A DNA stretch of 64,000 nt, from the NCBI GenBank assembly GCA_963548005.1, contig CAUUSW010000006.1, forward strand, positions 6,562 through 70,561. Reading direction: 5' to 3'. Positions 39,659 through 49,148 of the stretch are shown here, in pieces; the stretch's first letter is position 1; the number at the start of each line of letters is the position of its first letter. The DNA comes from an uncultured Candidatus Saccharibacteria bacterium. GTDB taxonomy: Bacteria; Patescibacteriota; Saccharimonadia; Saccharimonadales; Saccharimonadaceae. A program made the translations under genes and the position numbers. The notes under the pieces are model-generated. The model did no database searches. It saw nothing but the letters and a program-made list of their open reading frames with translations, and was not told the DNA's origin.

Positions 39659-40045
39659 GTCACTTCTCATTGTAGCCTGAATACATATTTTTCTCAACAA
39701 CTAACGACCTACTGCGATAGCGAAACTGCTGTTATAAATACATCAATAGTTATTCTCTTTTTTACCTATGGGCCGATCTTTACTATCGTTAATTCTACGT
39801 TAACTAAAATACAACGTTGTATACTACGCATCAGTGTAATTTATACATCAATAGTTATATTTACCCCTGTAGTGGCCAAGAAAACTCTCACCATTATCGC
39901 AAATAGACCCATATTTTCATGAAAACAACTGTCGTATGTATCACCAAAAACACCCTACCAGCTATACATACATTGCGTTGTATTTTTAGCATCAATATCT
40001 AAAATCTCGTTCCATTCTTTATCGTTATTTGATGTATTAATAACA
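38894..40045. repeat. Cluster 2 of dispersed 16-bp motif TGNWAWWWWTACAWCR
   Basis: Copies at 38894, 39077, 39730, 39801, 39815, 39835, 39976, 40030; six lie in an ORF-free AT-rich gap between tlyA and efp. Confidence 0.8.
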
Positions 40046-40047
40046 AC

Positions 40048-40081
40048 AAAAAGCGTCGCCCGAACACCCTGGGCGACGCTT
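40048..40081 (-). terminator. efp terminator
   Basis: AAGCGTCGCCC/GGGCGACGCTT stem followed by T run on minus strand. Confidence 0.8.
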
Positions 40082-40101
40082 CCGACAAGAAGGCCCTTTT
40101 G

Positions 40102-40662
40102 TTATTTTTTGCGCTCTCGATATTCACCCGTCACTGTGTCAACACTGACAATATCGCCCTGTTTAATGAACGCTGGTACCTTAATAACAAGGCCCGTCTC
40201 AAGCGTCGCATCCTTAAGTACGCTTGAGGTTGTATCGCCCTTCACGACATCTTCGGTATATGTAACTTCGAGATAAAGATTTTTTGGTAGTTCAACATTA
40301 ATCACTCGCCCGTCAAACACCTGGAGATTCAGCTCACAACCTTCTTTCAAATAATTTTTTGCCTCATCTACCACATCGTTAGACAGTTCAAATTGTTCAA
40401 AACTTCCTGGATCCATGAAGCAGAACATATCTCCGTCATGATATAAATATTGAACAGTCTTGCTAGTCACCTCAGCTGGCTCTATTTTGTCTTGACCCTT
40501 AAAGGTCTTCGGGATGACACTTCCATCCAGTAAGTTTTTCAATTTAACGTTCACAATAGAGCCTCCACGCCCCATAACCTTCTGTCCATATTCAATAACG
40601 CGATATGGCTTACCGTCAATCTGACAAACCGTACCCTTTTTAAGATCTGTCGGCTGATACAT
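40102..40662 (-). CDS. efp: Elongation factor P
   Basis: KVMGRGG (Arg-type loop), KGDT, TLETG, VPAFI, TGEYRER. Confidence 0.95.
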   Translation of the reverse strand: MYQPTDLKKGTVCQIDGKPYRVIEYGQKVMGRGGSIVNVKLKNLLDGSVIPKTFKGQDKIEPAEVTSKTVQYLYHDGDMFCFMDPGSFEQFELSNDVVDEAKNYLKEGCELNLQVFDGRVINVELPKNLYLEVTYTEDVVKGDTTSSVLKDATLETGLVIKVPAFIKQGDIVSVDTVTGEYRERKK

Positions 40663-40935
40663 ATTGTTTTTCCTTTCCTATAACTATTAAGCTACCGTAC
40701 CTAATTCTAACATTCTTTCGGACGGTAGAGTATTTCTTGTCGGCTGAACATATTTTTTACTCAAACATCCCACAGTGGGCTTGGCATTATAATACTATCC
40801 TGCATCAAAAATAAAAACGCGCTGTACAGCAGCCCACAAGCAACAGTGGCCTGTGCCTTACCCCTGCACAGACCACTCGACTTTCTCTCCTATCTATAAA
40901 TACGTTTGGGATTAGAGAGTTCTCTCAACGTATAC

Positions 40936-41139
40936 TTATTGCCCTTGCGACACAAACGGCAGCAGTGCTAAGTGCCGAGCACGCTTGATCGCCACTGCCA
41001 AGCTACGCTGCTGCTTGACACTGAGACCCGTCTTCGCTATCGGCTCAATTTGACCATACGCATTAACATAGCGCATTAATGTTTTGACATCCTTATAGTC
41101 AAAAACCGTTGGGGTATCTTTCTTTAATCGTTTTGCCAT
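40936..41139 (-). CDS. rpsR: 30S ribosomal protein S18 (no Zn ligands)
   Basis: [27 protein letters not shown]. Confidence 0.95.
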   Translation of the reverse strand: MAKRLKKDTPTVFDYKDVKTLMRYVNAYGQIEPIAKTGLSVKQQRSLAVAIKRARHLALLPFVSQGQ

Positions 41140-41150
41140 TTTGTTCTCCT

Positions 41151-41579
41151 TTAGAACGGTATCTCGCTAAGATCGATCGGTTTATCATCAATATCCGCTA
41201 CGGTCTCAGCCTGCTTGGTATTAGTATTACGTGATGCGGTTGTATTCGCGCTATCACCGCTCGGGGCGTCAAGGAATGTTACATCGGTCGCCGTCACTTC
41301 AATACGCGAGCGGCGCTTGCCGGTTTCTTTATCATCCCAGCTGTCCTGTCGCAACCGACCCTGCACCAACACGCGGCGGCCCTTTGACAGGTACTGCATC
41401 ACCAGTTCGCCCAATTTTTCCCACGCGGTAACGTCGAAGAAATCAGCTTGATCATCCTGTCCGGCACGATCAACCGCGATACTAAAGCTAACAACTGTCC
41501 GACCTGATGGCGTTGTCCGCTGCTCTGGATCGCGCGTTAACCGTCCCAGTAAAATAACTTGGTTGATACTTCGTGCCAT
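41151..41579 (-). CDS. ssb: Single-stranded DNA-binding protein
   Basis: [16 protein letters not shown]-terminal EIPF. Confidence 0.96.
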   Translation of the reverse strand: MARSINQVILLGRLTRDPEQRTTPSGRTVVSFSIAVDRAGQDDQADFFDVTAWEKLGELVMQYLSKGRRVLVQGRLRQDSWDDKETGKRRSRIEVTATDVTFLDAPSGDSANTTASRNTNTKQAETVADIDDKPIDLSEIPF

Positions 41580-41616
41580 GATGACCCTCCTTTTTTATTA
41601 TGTATCGCGTCGAATA

Positions 41617-41976
41617 TTAGGCTTCTTTATCAGCCGCCTCGGTAGCGACCTTAGCTTCGCGCTCTTTCTGCTCAGCAAGCGCCTGGCGTGTCTTCTCGTC
41701 GGTCTTAACCAACAAATAACGAAGTACCTCGTCGGTGATATTCAGAACATTTGATATCTTGAGCGGTGCACTGCTTGGCAACTTCACCTCAAAGTAAACA
41801 TACACCGCAAAGTCTTCACGGCGAATCGCATAGGCTAGTTTTTTCTTGCCCCAATTGTCTTCTTTGGTGATTTCACCACCATTGTCTTTGATCAACGCTC
41901 GAACCTTGTCCAGCGCCGCGTCCAAATTTGCTTCCAAATCTGGATGAATAAGAACGGTCAGTTCGTATTCGTTCAT
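41617..41976 (-). CDS. rpsF: 30S ribosomal protein S6
   Basis: YELTVLIHP, WGKKKLAYAI, VLRYL; AAGGAGG RBS. Confidence 0.95.
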   Translation of the reverse strand: MNEYELTVLIHPDLEANLDAALDKVRALIKDNGGEITKEDNWGKKKLAYAIRREDFAVYVYFEVKLPSSAPLKISNVLNITDEVLRYLLVKTDEKTRQALAEQKEREAKVATEAADKEA

Positions 41977-42045
41977 GTTTCCTCCTTTGGAATCCATTAC
42001 GGATGGTTATGTTATCGCACATAACCTTAGGTTATTATTCCTCCG
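41977..42045 (-). promoter_or_regulatory. Structured rpsF leader, possible S6:S18 autoregulatory element
   Basis: TATAAT near 42047-42052; hairpin GGTTATGT/ACATAACC, then ATCC..GGAT and CCA next to the SD. Confidence 0.35.
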
Positions 42046-42112
42046 TATTATACGGTAATCTGATGCAAAAGTCCAGTGATACACCCCGCCAGACCATGCT
42101 ACAATAGAGTTC

Positions 42113-42922
42113 ATGCGTATCGCCATTCAAGGACAAGCTGGATCATTTCATGAACAAGCAGCAAAACAATGGTACGGACCTGACGCTACCGTTGTTCCGT
42201 GCATGACCTTTGGCGACGTCTTTCAAGCCTATGCCCGCAATAAAGCCGACGCCGTTATCGTGGCAGTGGAAAATACCATTTACGGCACCATCAACGAAAC
42301 CTACCGTCACATCGAATCTTGTAGCGCTCCCATCGTCGGTGAAGTGACGCTTACCATTCAACAAACCCTCATCACCAATCCAGGCACAAAACTTGAAGAT
42401 ATCACTGCTGTCTATTCACATCCTGTCGCTCTGTCGCAATGCCATCAATTTCTCCAAGAACGCCTGCCACAAGCCACACAAATTGAATATTTTGATACCG
42501 CTGGCGCTGTCGAATTCATCAAACAACAGGGTTCACCACACCTAGCGGCCATTGCTAGCGAAACCGCTGCCCAACTATACAATATGCCAATTCTCAAACA
42601 CCACATCCAAGATGCTCAGGACAACATCACGCGTTTTCTGGTCCTTGACCAGATAACCACGGCGACCGACGCTGATCGAGCAACGCTTGTGGTGACCACC
42701 GCCCATCAGCCAGGCAGCCTCCTTGCAATACTCCGCACATTCGCCGATCAGTCCATTAACCTCACCAGCCTACAATCCCAGCCCATCGTCGGCCAACCGT
42801 GGAACTATAAATTCTTTATGACCGTTGACGCTGCCGGCCCGTCATTACATCGCGCCATTAATAAAATTACCTCAACTGGCCACAAAATAACACTACTTGG
42901 TGAATATCTGGCGGCACGTTAG
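42113..42922 (+). CDS. pheA: Stand-alone prephenate dehydratase (PDT + ACT)
   Basis: QGQAGSFH, VENT, SHPVALSQC, NITRF, PGSL..INLT. Confidence 0.9.
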   Translation: MRIAIQGQAGSFHEQAAKQWYGPDATVVPCMTFGDVFQAYARNKADAVIVAVENTIYGTINETYRHIESCSAPIVGEVTLTIQQTLITNPGTKLEDITAVYSHPVALSQCHQFLQERLPQATQIEYFDTAGAVEFIKQQGSPHLAAIASETAAQLYNMPILKHHIQDAQDNITRFLVLDQITTATDADRATLVVTTAHQPGSLLAILRTFADQSINLTSLQSQPIVGQPWNYKFFMTVDAAGPSLHRAINKITSTGHKITLLGEYLAAR

Positions 42923-42923
42923 T

Positions 42924-43829
42924 TTACTGAGAGGGCAAGATATCGGATATATCACCATCGGTCGCGAGCTGATCAAATAGGCTTTTTGCCGCATCATATA
43001 CCTTAGCACTCTCCACGGCCCGACCATTAATCTCTCCCTTAGCCGGTACCGCCGCTATGCTTTCATAATCTGGTCTCGATGGCGAGACAGACTTTGGTGA
43101 AACGATTGTAATTTCCTTAGTCTCCGACCAACCATCAGCAGTCTGTCTGTGCGACCATTCCACTTTCGTCGGTAACACGCCTTCTAGAGCCGGTAGTAGT
43201 GCTTCTGGAGATTCGATATGCTGATGTGCCACAGGTTCTGGAGACAAAAAATCCAACCGCCACGTTATCCGATCCGTCTGTCTACTCTTTGCGCCGACCT
43301 CAATTATATCAGTGGTAACTTCTACTGCGATCTCACTTCCACCAAACCTTTTGTCGCCTTGAGCAACATCAACTGATACCACATTTCCCTCATCGTCTGT
43401 AATCGTTATTGACTGCTGTTTAGGCCTATTGTGATCATCATAATAATCTTGGCGAACGAGTCGAGCAGCATTACTATCAACCGACTTCCCTGCAGCAGTA
43501 AGCACTCGTCCAGCAACATCGCGCGCAGACTGGACTATATTGGGATCCTTTAAAAAGACCTCTGCCTCTCGACGGCCTTCGGTGTTTGGTAGCGTAAATG
43601 TAATTTCTTCCACTCTCGAACTATCATTGGACTCTTTGGATGTTCCACCATCGGTATTTTCTACTGATGGTGCGGGCGGAACATCGTGTGACCGGCCAAG
43701 ACTATACCCAAGTATACCCGATACGGCTAACGTGACTGCAGCAACCCCCAGCACAAGAAGCTTCCTTAACTTGTCGCCTTTACTATCAGGAGATAATTCT
43801 CCATTATTTCTACAACTTATGTGCGCCAT
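42924..43829 (-). CDS. Hypothetical single-TM protein
   Basis: Long ORF with one N-terminal TM; no recognisable motif. Confidence 0.7.
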   Translation of the reverse strand: MAHISCRNNGELSPDSKGDKLRKLLVLGVAAVTLAVSGILGYSLGRSHDVPPAPSVENTDGGTSKESNDSSRVEEITFTLPNTEGRREAEVFLKDPNIVQSARDVAGRVLTAAGKSVDSNAARLVRQDYYDDHNRPKQQSITITDDEGNVVSVDVAQGDKRFGGSEIAVEVTTDIIEVGAKSRQTDRITWRLDFLSPEPVAHQHIESPEALLPALEGVLPTKVEWSHRQTADGWSETKEITIVSPKSVSPSRPDYESIAAVPAKGEINGRAVESAKVYDAAKSLFDQLATDGDISDILPSQ

Positions 43830-43904
43830 GTAGCCATCCTTCCACATACAAATCAACTTCTCACTTAGCGTATTATAACCTATAAAATAATTATGTCAAG
43901 CTAG

Positions 43905-46124
43905 CTATTGCCCTAGCTCATCGACACTTGAGACCAAAACATCACGAGCTTTTGAGCCGTTCGCTGGGCCGACAATGCCACGCTCTTCCATCTCTTCAAT
44001 CAGTCGCGCTGCCTTGCCGTAGCCAATCCGTAGCCGCCGCTGCAGATAGCTGGTAGAGGCCTTGCCGCCCTCAATCACCACTCGCACCGCGTCCATAAAT
44101 GCTTCATCTTCACCGCCACCGCCAAAATCAACCGCCATGCCACCCTTGCCGTTCAGCTGAACTGGCTGCGCCACCACCTCATCATTGTACTGCGGTGCTG
44201 ACTGCATCCGCAGGTGATCAGTAATTTTATTGACCTCGTCATCGGTCACCCACGCGCCCTGGATACGTTTTGGCTTACTCATGCTCGGCGTATACAGCAG
44301 CATATCACCCTGGCCAAGTAGTTTCTCGGCGCCAATTTGATCAAGAATGGTCCGCGAGTCAACCTGCGACGCCACGGTAAACCCAATTCGTGCTGGCACG
44401 TTCGCCTTGATCAAACCAGTAATCACGTCAACGCTCGGCCGCTGCGTTGCCAAGACCAGGTGGATACCCACCGCCCGCGCTTTCTGCGCCAAGCGAACGA
44501 TCAGCGCCTCGACGTCGCGTGCCGCCACCATCATCAAATCGGCTAGCTCGTCAATTACAATAACGATGTACGGCATCGCTCCGTCTTCGTGCTGTTGAAT
44601 GTTGCCATCGGCGTCCGCTACCGGGATTTTTTTAGCTCGCGTAGCTAGCCGTTGATTATACCCTTTAATATCGCGAATCTTCTCGGCCGCCAGTAATTTA
44701 TAGCGCCGCTCCATCTCATTGACCGCCCATTTCAAGGCCGAAATAGTCTTTTCTGGCTCAGTAATCACCGGGGTCAGCAAATGTGGGATGTCTTCGTACG
44801 GTGCCATTTCCACCTGCTTCGGGTCAACCAAAATCAACTTCATATCGCTTGGACTGTTGCGATATAGCAAACTCGTCAGCAAGGTGTTAATCATTACCGA
44901 CTTACCAGAACCAGTCTGACCAGCGATCAACATGTGTGGCATTTTGTTGAGCTCACCGACCACTGCTTCACCCGAGATATCCTTACCGATAGCAAAGCTC
45001 AACGGTTCATGGGCGTGCTTCCATTGTTTTGAATCCAGAACGCCGTATAGCCGCACATCGGCAGCCCGGCGGTTCGGCACCTCAATACCAACGGCTTTCT
45101 GTCCAGGAATTGGCGCTTCAATCCGCAAGCTCTGCGCCGCCAAATTCAAAGCAATATTCGTCTCCAGCGCCGTGATGCGTGTCAATTTCACACCGCTCGG
45201 CGGCCGCAAGGTATACTGCGTCACCTTTGGCCCAATATTTGCGTCTTCCATCTCCACATCAATGTTAAATTCCGCCAAGGTATCGTGAATAATCTGTGCG
45301 TTTTGCCGAATATCACCAGCGTCGGCCGGACTTTGCTTCTTCTCCAGTAGATCAAGGCTCGGTGCCTGCCAATTCGGGTCGTGTGCCGCCACTAGTGCTG
45401 CTTGCTCCTCAGCTGCCTTATCCCGCGCCACGCTACCGCGCAGACTGCTCAGCGGTGACGTCCTTCTATCTTTTGGTGTGACGGGATCAACGGTCGGGAC
45501 GCCGGCATTGAGCTTGATATCACTCGATGACTTGGCGCTGGCTGCATCTTCACGAGCCACCTTTTTCATCACCGCCGCATTGTTATCCTCCTCGGAATGG
45601 TCACGCTTGAACGCTTCGGCTACTTTCTTGATCACCGTGAACGGCGACGTCTGGGTAATAAATAGCGCCGTGATGATGATGAGCACCACATATATCAAAG
45701 CAGCGATGCCCGGGTCGACCATGGCACTCATCGCTCGATTAGCCGTATCGCCGATGAACCCACCAGCCTCCGGGCGGGCCGGTGTTTTTACTAGACCAAA
45801 CAGCCCTGATAGCCACACTACCTCGAGGATGGCTGCTAATTTCATCGCCAGCGGTAACCGATTATTCTCCGCGCGGAAAATCTCCACAGCAATATATATC
45901 AGCAAGATCGGTAGCCCATACATCGCGTAACCAAGCATACTCAGAGTCGCCTTATGTAGCCACTCCAGCACCGGACCACCAACACCGAACCACGCCACCA
46001 CCAGAAGAAGCGACAACACGACGAGCAGTACCGCGCTGACTTGCGCCCAAAAGCCGCTCGGCACATCATGCTTTGGAGCTGTGGAAACTGATTTCTTGTG
46101 GGTAGATTTTCGTTTTTTTGGCAT
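43905..46124 (-). CDS. ftsK: DNA translocase FtsK/SpoIIIE
   Basis: 4TM N-terminus, PHMLIAGQTGSGKS, DELADLM, ATQRPSVDV, LQRRLRIGY gamma domain. Confidence 0.96.
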   Translation of the reverse strand: MPKKRKSTHKKSVSTAPKHDVPSGFWAQVSAVLLVVLSLLLVVAWFGVGGPVLEWLHKATLSMLGYAMYGLPILLIYIAVEIFRAENNRLPLAMKLAAILEVVWLSGLFGLVKTPARPEAGGFIGDTANRAMSAMVDPGIAALIYVVLIIITALFITQTSPFTVIKKVAEAFKRDHSEEDNNAAVMKKVAREDAASAKSSSDIKLNAGVPTVDPVTPKDRRTSPLSSLRGSVARDKAAEEQAALVAAHDPNWQAPSLDLLEKKQSPADAGDIRQNAQIIHDTLAEFNIDVEMEDANIGPKVTQYTLRPPSGVKLTRITALETNIALNLAAQSLRIEAPIPGQKAVGIEVPNRRAADVRLYGVLDSKQWKHAHEPLSFAIGKDISGEAVVGELNKMPHMLIAGQTGSGKSVMINTLLTSLLYRNSPSDMKLILVDPKQVEMAPYEDIPHLLTPVITEPEKTISALKWAVNEMERRYKLLAAEKIRDIKGYNQRLATRAKKIPVADADGNIQQHEDGAMPYIVIVIDELADLMMVAARDVEALIVRLAQKARAVGIHLVLATQRPSVDVITGLIKANVPARIGFTVASQVDSRTILDQIGAEKLLGQGDMLLYTPSMSKPKRIQGAWVTDDEVNKITDHLRMQSAPQYNDEVVAQPVQLNGKGGMAVDFGGGGEDEAFMDAVRVVIEGGKASTSYLQRRLRIGYGKAARLIEEMEERGIVGPANGSKARDVLVSSVDELGQ

Positions 46125-46194
46125 AACTATTTTTATTATATCACTTTACCGACGTTCACATTGTAGCATATTTTACAACAAATAGCAAGCGTGG

Positions 46195-48363
46195 CTAGTA
46201 CGCGCGCACTCGGCCGACCTCTCGAGCCTTGGTGTCATTCGCCTCGGTGTCCGGTACTTGGCGGCGCGGGAAGCGGCGGCGCGGCATGGTTGGCAGAGTC
46301 ATTTTCGGTTCCGTCGCTGAAGCGATGGTAGGTTTTTTGCTGCGCACCGGCGTCTTTATAGTAGAGGTACTCGAAGTAGTAGTCGATTTTACCGTTTTTA
46401 GACCGCCAACCTCGTTAATGACTGGGATGACAATTGGTGTCCGACGCGTCTGATCGTACAAAATATGCGTGACCTCGTCCTTAATTTCTTTCTTGATAAC
46501 ATCCAGGTCATATTTACCGCTGAAACTGCGTGCTGCCTTCTGTTTCAAGTACTGGCGAATCATATTCATCAATTCCTCAGAATCACGCAGATAAATAAAG
46601 CCGCGAGAAATAATATCTGGACTGGTCAATAATCGTCCTGTACCGCGCTGCACCGTCAGGACTACTACAAACATTCCCTCTTGAGACATATGAATCCGGT
46701 CTTTCAATACCACCTCAGAAACGATAGCGCCCGTATCATCATACATCACACCGCCAGCCTGAATTCGACCGGCTTTCTTAGCTTGCCGTTCAACGTCAAT
46801 TTCAATAATATCGCCGGCGTCGCACACAAAGATATTCTTCCGCGGAATACCGCACTCTTTTTCTGCCAACCGAGCATTATAAACCAACATGTGAAATTCG
46901 CCGTGAATTGGCATGTAGTATGTTGGGTTCAACGCGTTAATCAACTTGACGTGATCATCGTAATAACCATGCCCCGATAAGTGCAGCGGCCCAATCCCCG
47001 TCAAGTGCGTCTTGCCGTTCTGAATCACATCAGAACCCTCGCGCATTAAGCCGTCCACTGTTCGCACCACGTTTTTCTCATTGCCCGGAATCGGATTGGA
47101 GCTAAACACCACCACGTCAGAGCCTTTGATCTTCATGTATTTATGCGCGCCAGTCGCCATACGGCTCAGCACGGCATTAAACTCACCCTGCGAACCGGTA
47201 CAAACCACGGTGATCTGGCTATCCGGCAGCTTGATGATATCTTCCATCTTCATGACGGTATTTTTCGGGATCTTAATGGTTCCTGAGCGCAGCGCCACTT
47301 CCAGGTTCTGAATCATTGAAAAGCCGGCAAATGCCACCTTGCGGCCGTGCTTATGCGCTTCCTCTAAAATTAATTGCAAACGGTGCACCTGCGACGAGAA
47401 ACAGCTTAAAATCACCCGGCTGTTACTGAATTTATCCATCACCTGGCCGATAGAATATTGAATATCAAACTCGGTATGGGTATGCGTACCGGCCGACTCA
47501 CAGTTGGTCGATTCATTCATGAACATCAACACGCCCTCTTTGGCGGCGATTTCTGTCATACGCTCAAGATCAAACTTTTGGCCGTCAACCGGACTTTCCT
47601 CAAATCGCCAGTCGCCAGAGTCAATCACCACACCCAACGGCGTCCGAATCACCACCGCCGTTGAATCTGGAATTGAGTGATTAACTCGCACTAACTCCAC
47701 AGAGAAGTGCTTCGACACTTGAACAATTTCATGGCTCAATGGATCCATCACCCGAAAGTCCGGCTGAAAATCGGTATCCGCGTCAGCCATCGACTTATCC
47801 AGCATACCAATGGTGAACTTTGAACCGTACACCGGCGCTGGAATTCGGTGAATAAAGTGCCGGAAAGAACCAATGTGATCAAGGTGTCCGTGAGTGAACA
47901 CGTGCGCCTTAATCTTGTGCTTATTTTCTTCTAGCCAGGTGATGTCTGGCGTGATGTAATTAATACCTGGATAGTCGCTGCCTGGAAACAGGAAGCCCAT
48001 ATCCACAATGATAATCTCATCATCGTACTCAATGGCGTTCATGTTTTTACCGATGCCCATTTCGCCGACACCACCGATTGGGATAATCCGTAGTTTTGGC
48101 TTGCCACCACGAGTCCGTTTTGGCTGCATTTTGGCACTAAATTGCTCGCCGCCATAGCCGTTGTAGACCGACTTATTGACCGGAATATCGATCATGTGCT
48201 GCGACGCCCTGAGATTGACATTCTCACTCGTGCGCCGCTGCGCCCGAAACACTTCGCCCTTACGAGTGGTGGTACTATTCATCACCGCTGTGTTACTTTT
48301 TTTTGTAGCTGGTCGTTTTGACTGATCATCGCCCTTCGGCGTCGCAAGTCGTCTCTGGCCCAT
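46195..48363 (-). CDS. rnj: Ribonuclease J with N- and C-terminal basic extensions
   Basis: GGVGEMGIGKN, THGHLDHIG, GSQGE, HLSGH, PIHGE. Confidence 0.94.
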   Translation of the reverse strand: MGQRRLATPKGDDQSKRPATKKSNTAVMNSTTTRKGEVFRAQRRTSENVNLRASQHMIDIPVNKSVYNGYGGEQFSAKMQPKRTRGGKPKLRIIPIGGVGEMGIGKNMNAIEYDDEIIIVDMGFLFPGSDYPGINYITPDITWLEENKHKIKAHVFTHGHLDHIGSFRHFIHRIPAPVYGSKFTIGMLDKSMADADTDFQPDFRVMDPLSHEIVQVSKHFSVELVRVNHSIPDSTAVVIRTPLGVVIDSGDWRFEESPVDGQKFDLERMTEIAAKEGVLMFMNESTNCESAGTHTHTEFDIQYSIGQVMDKFSNSRVILSCFSSQVHRLQLILEEAHKHGRKVAFAGFSMIQNLEVALRSGTIKIPKNTVMKMEDIIKLPDSQITVVCTGSQGEFNAVLSRMATGAHKYMKIKGSDVVVFSSNPIPGNEKNVVRTVDGLMREGSDVIQNGKTHLTGIGPLHLSGHGYYDDHVKLINALNPTYYMPIHGEFHMLVYNARLAEKECGIPRKNIFVCDAGDIIEIDVERQAKKAGRIQAGGVMYDDTGAIVSEVVLKDRIHMSQEGMFVVVLTVQRGTGRLLTSPDIISRGFIYLRDSEELMNMIRQYLKQKAARSFSGKYDLDVIKKEIKDEVTHILYDQTRRTPIVIPVINEVGGLKTVKSTTTSSTSTIKTPVRSKKPTIASATEPKMTLPTMPRRRFPRRQVPDTEANDTKAREVGRVRAY

Positions 48364-48506
48364 GCGTATTGTTCTCCTTTTATAAAAATAAATACCTTGC
48401 AAAATTAGAATGACAGGTGATAGACACGGGGGCAACGTACGACAAATCTATCCCCTAACAATTGTGTTCATTATAGCACGGGGCGCCAGCTCTTGTCAAA
48501 AATAGC

Positions 48507-49085
48507 TCAGGCGCTCGCCTGGGCGGCCAATTGCGCCGCCCGCACAAAATCGTCAATTAACGTCTGCCGCAATGCCCCGTTATACAGCGCTGCTGCCGGA
48601 TGATACAGCGGAATTACCAAGAACTTCAAACCGTTGAATTGTGCCCAGCGCGGATTACCATGATCACGCGAAATCGCCAAGTCAGGAATGAATGCCGTGC
48701 CGCTATGCCGACCCAATGTGATGACTACCTTTGGCTGAATAATTTGCAGTTGGCGCATCAAATACGGCCAAAAAGCGCGCTTCTCCTCCGGCAGCGGGTC
48801 ACGATTGTTTGGCGGCCGATATTTAACGATATTGGTGATATAGACATCTTGACGACGTAACTGGGCTGCGGCTAACATCTCGTCAAGAAATGTACCAGCT
48901 GCCCCAACGAATGGTTTACCCTGAAGGTCTTCATTTTTTCCCGGCGCTTCACCGATAAATACAATGTCCGCGTCAGCTCGACCGTCGCCCATCACCAGCT
49001 GCGTTGCCTGTAGCGCCAAGTCATGACAAACATCACCAGCGATAATCTCTGCCGCCAAAACCTCCAGTTGCGCTACCTCATCCAT
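48507..49085 (-). CDS. Uracil-DNA glycosylase, family 4 type
   Basis: IGEAPG.NED..GKPFVG, RPPNNRDP, YHPAA. Confidence 0.92.
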   Translation of the reverse strand: MDEVAQLEVLAAEIIAGDVCHDLALQATQLVMGDGRADADIVFIGEAPGKNEDLQGKPFVGAAGTFLDEMLAAAQLRRQDVYITNIVKYRPPNNRDPLPEEKRAFWPYLMRQLQIIQPKVVITLGRHSGTAFIPDLAISRDHGNPRWAQFNGLKFLVIPLYHPAAALYNGALRQTLIDDFVRAAQLAAQASA

Positions 49086-49098
49086 ATTTCTATTATAC

Positions 49099-49128
49099 AA
49101 AACACCTCGTCACTATGCGAGGTGTTTT
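49099..49128 (-). terminator. Intrinsic terminator
   Basis: AAAACACCTCG/CGAGGTGTTTT. Confidence 0.7.
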
Positions 49129-49148
49129 GCTTGATGCTGAGGCGAAAA

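Noticed and set aside
39730..40045. CRISPR array
   Set aside because: Repeats are 16 bp, degenerate, in mixed orientation and irregularly spaced; no cas genes.
40845..40935. Hairpins downstream of rpsR as an ncRNA
   Set aside because: No clear promoter; explainable as terminator or 3' UTR structure.
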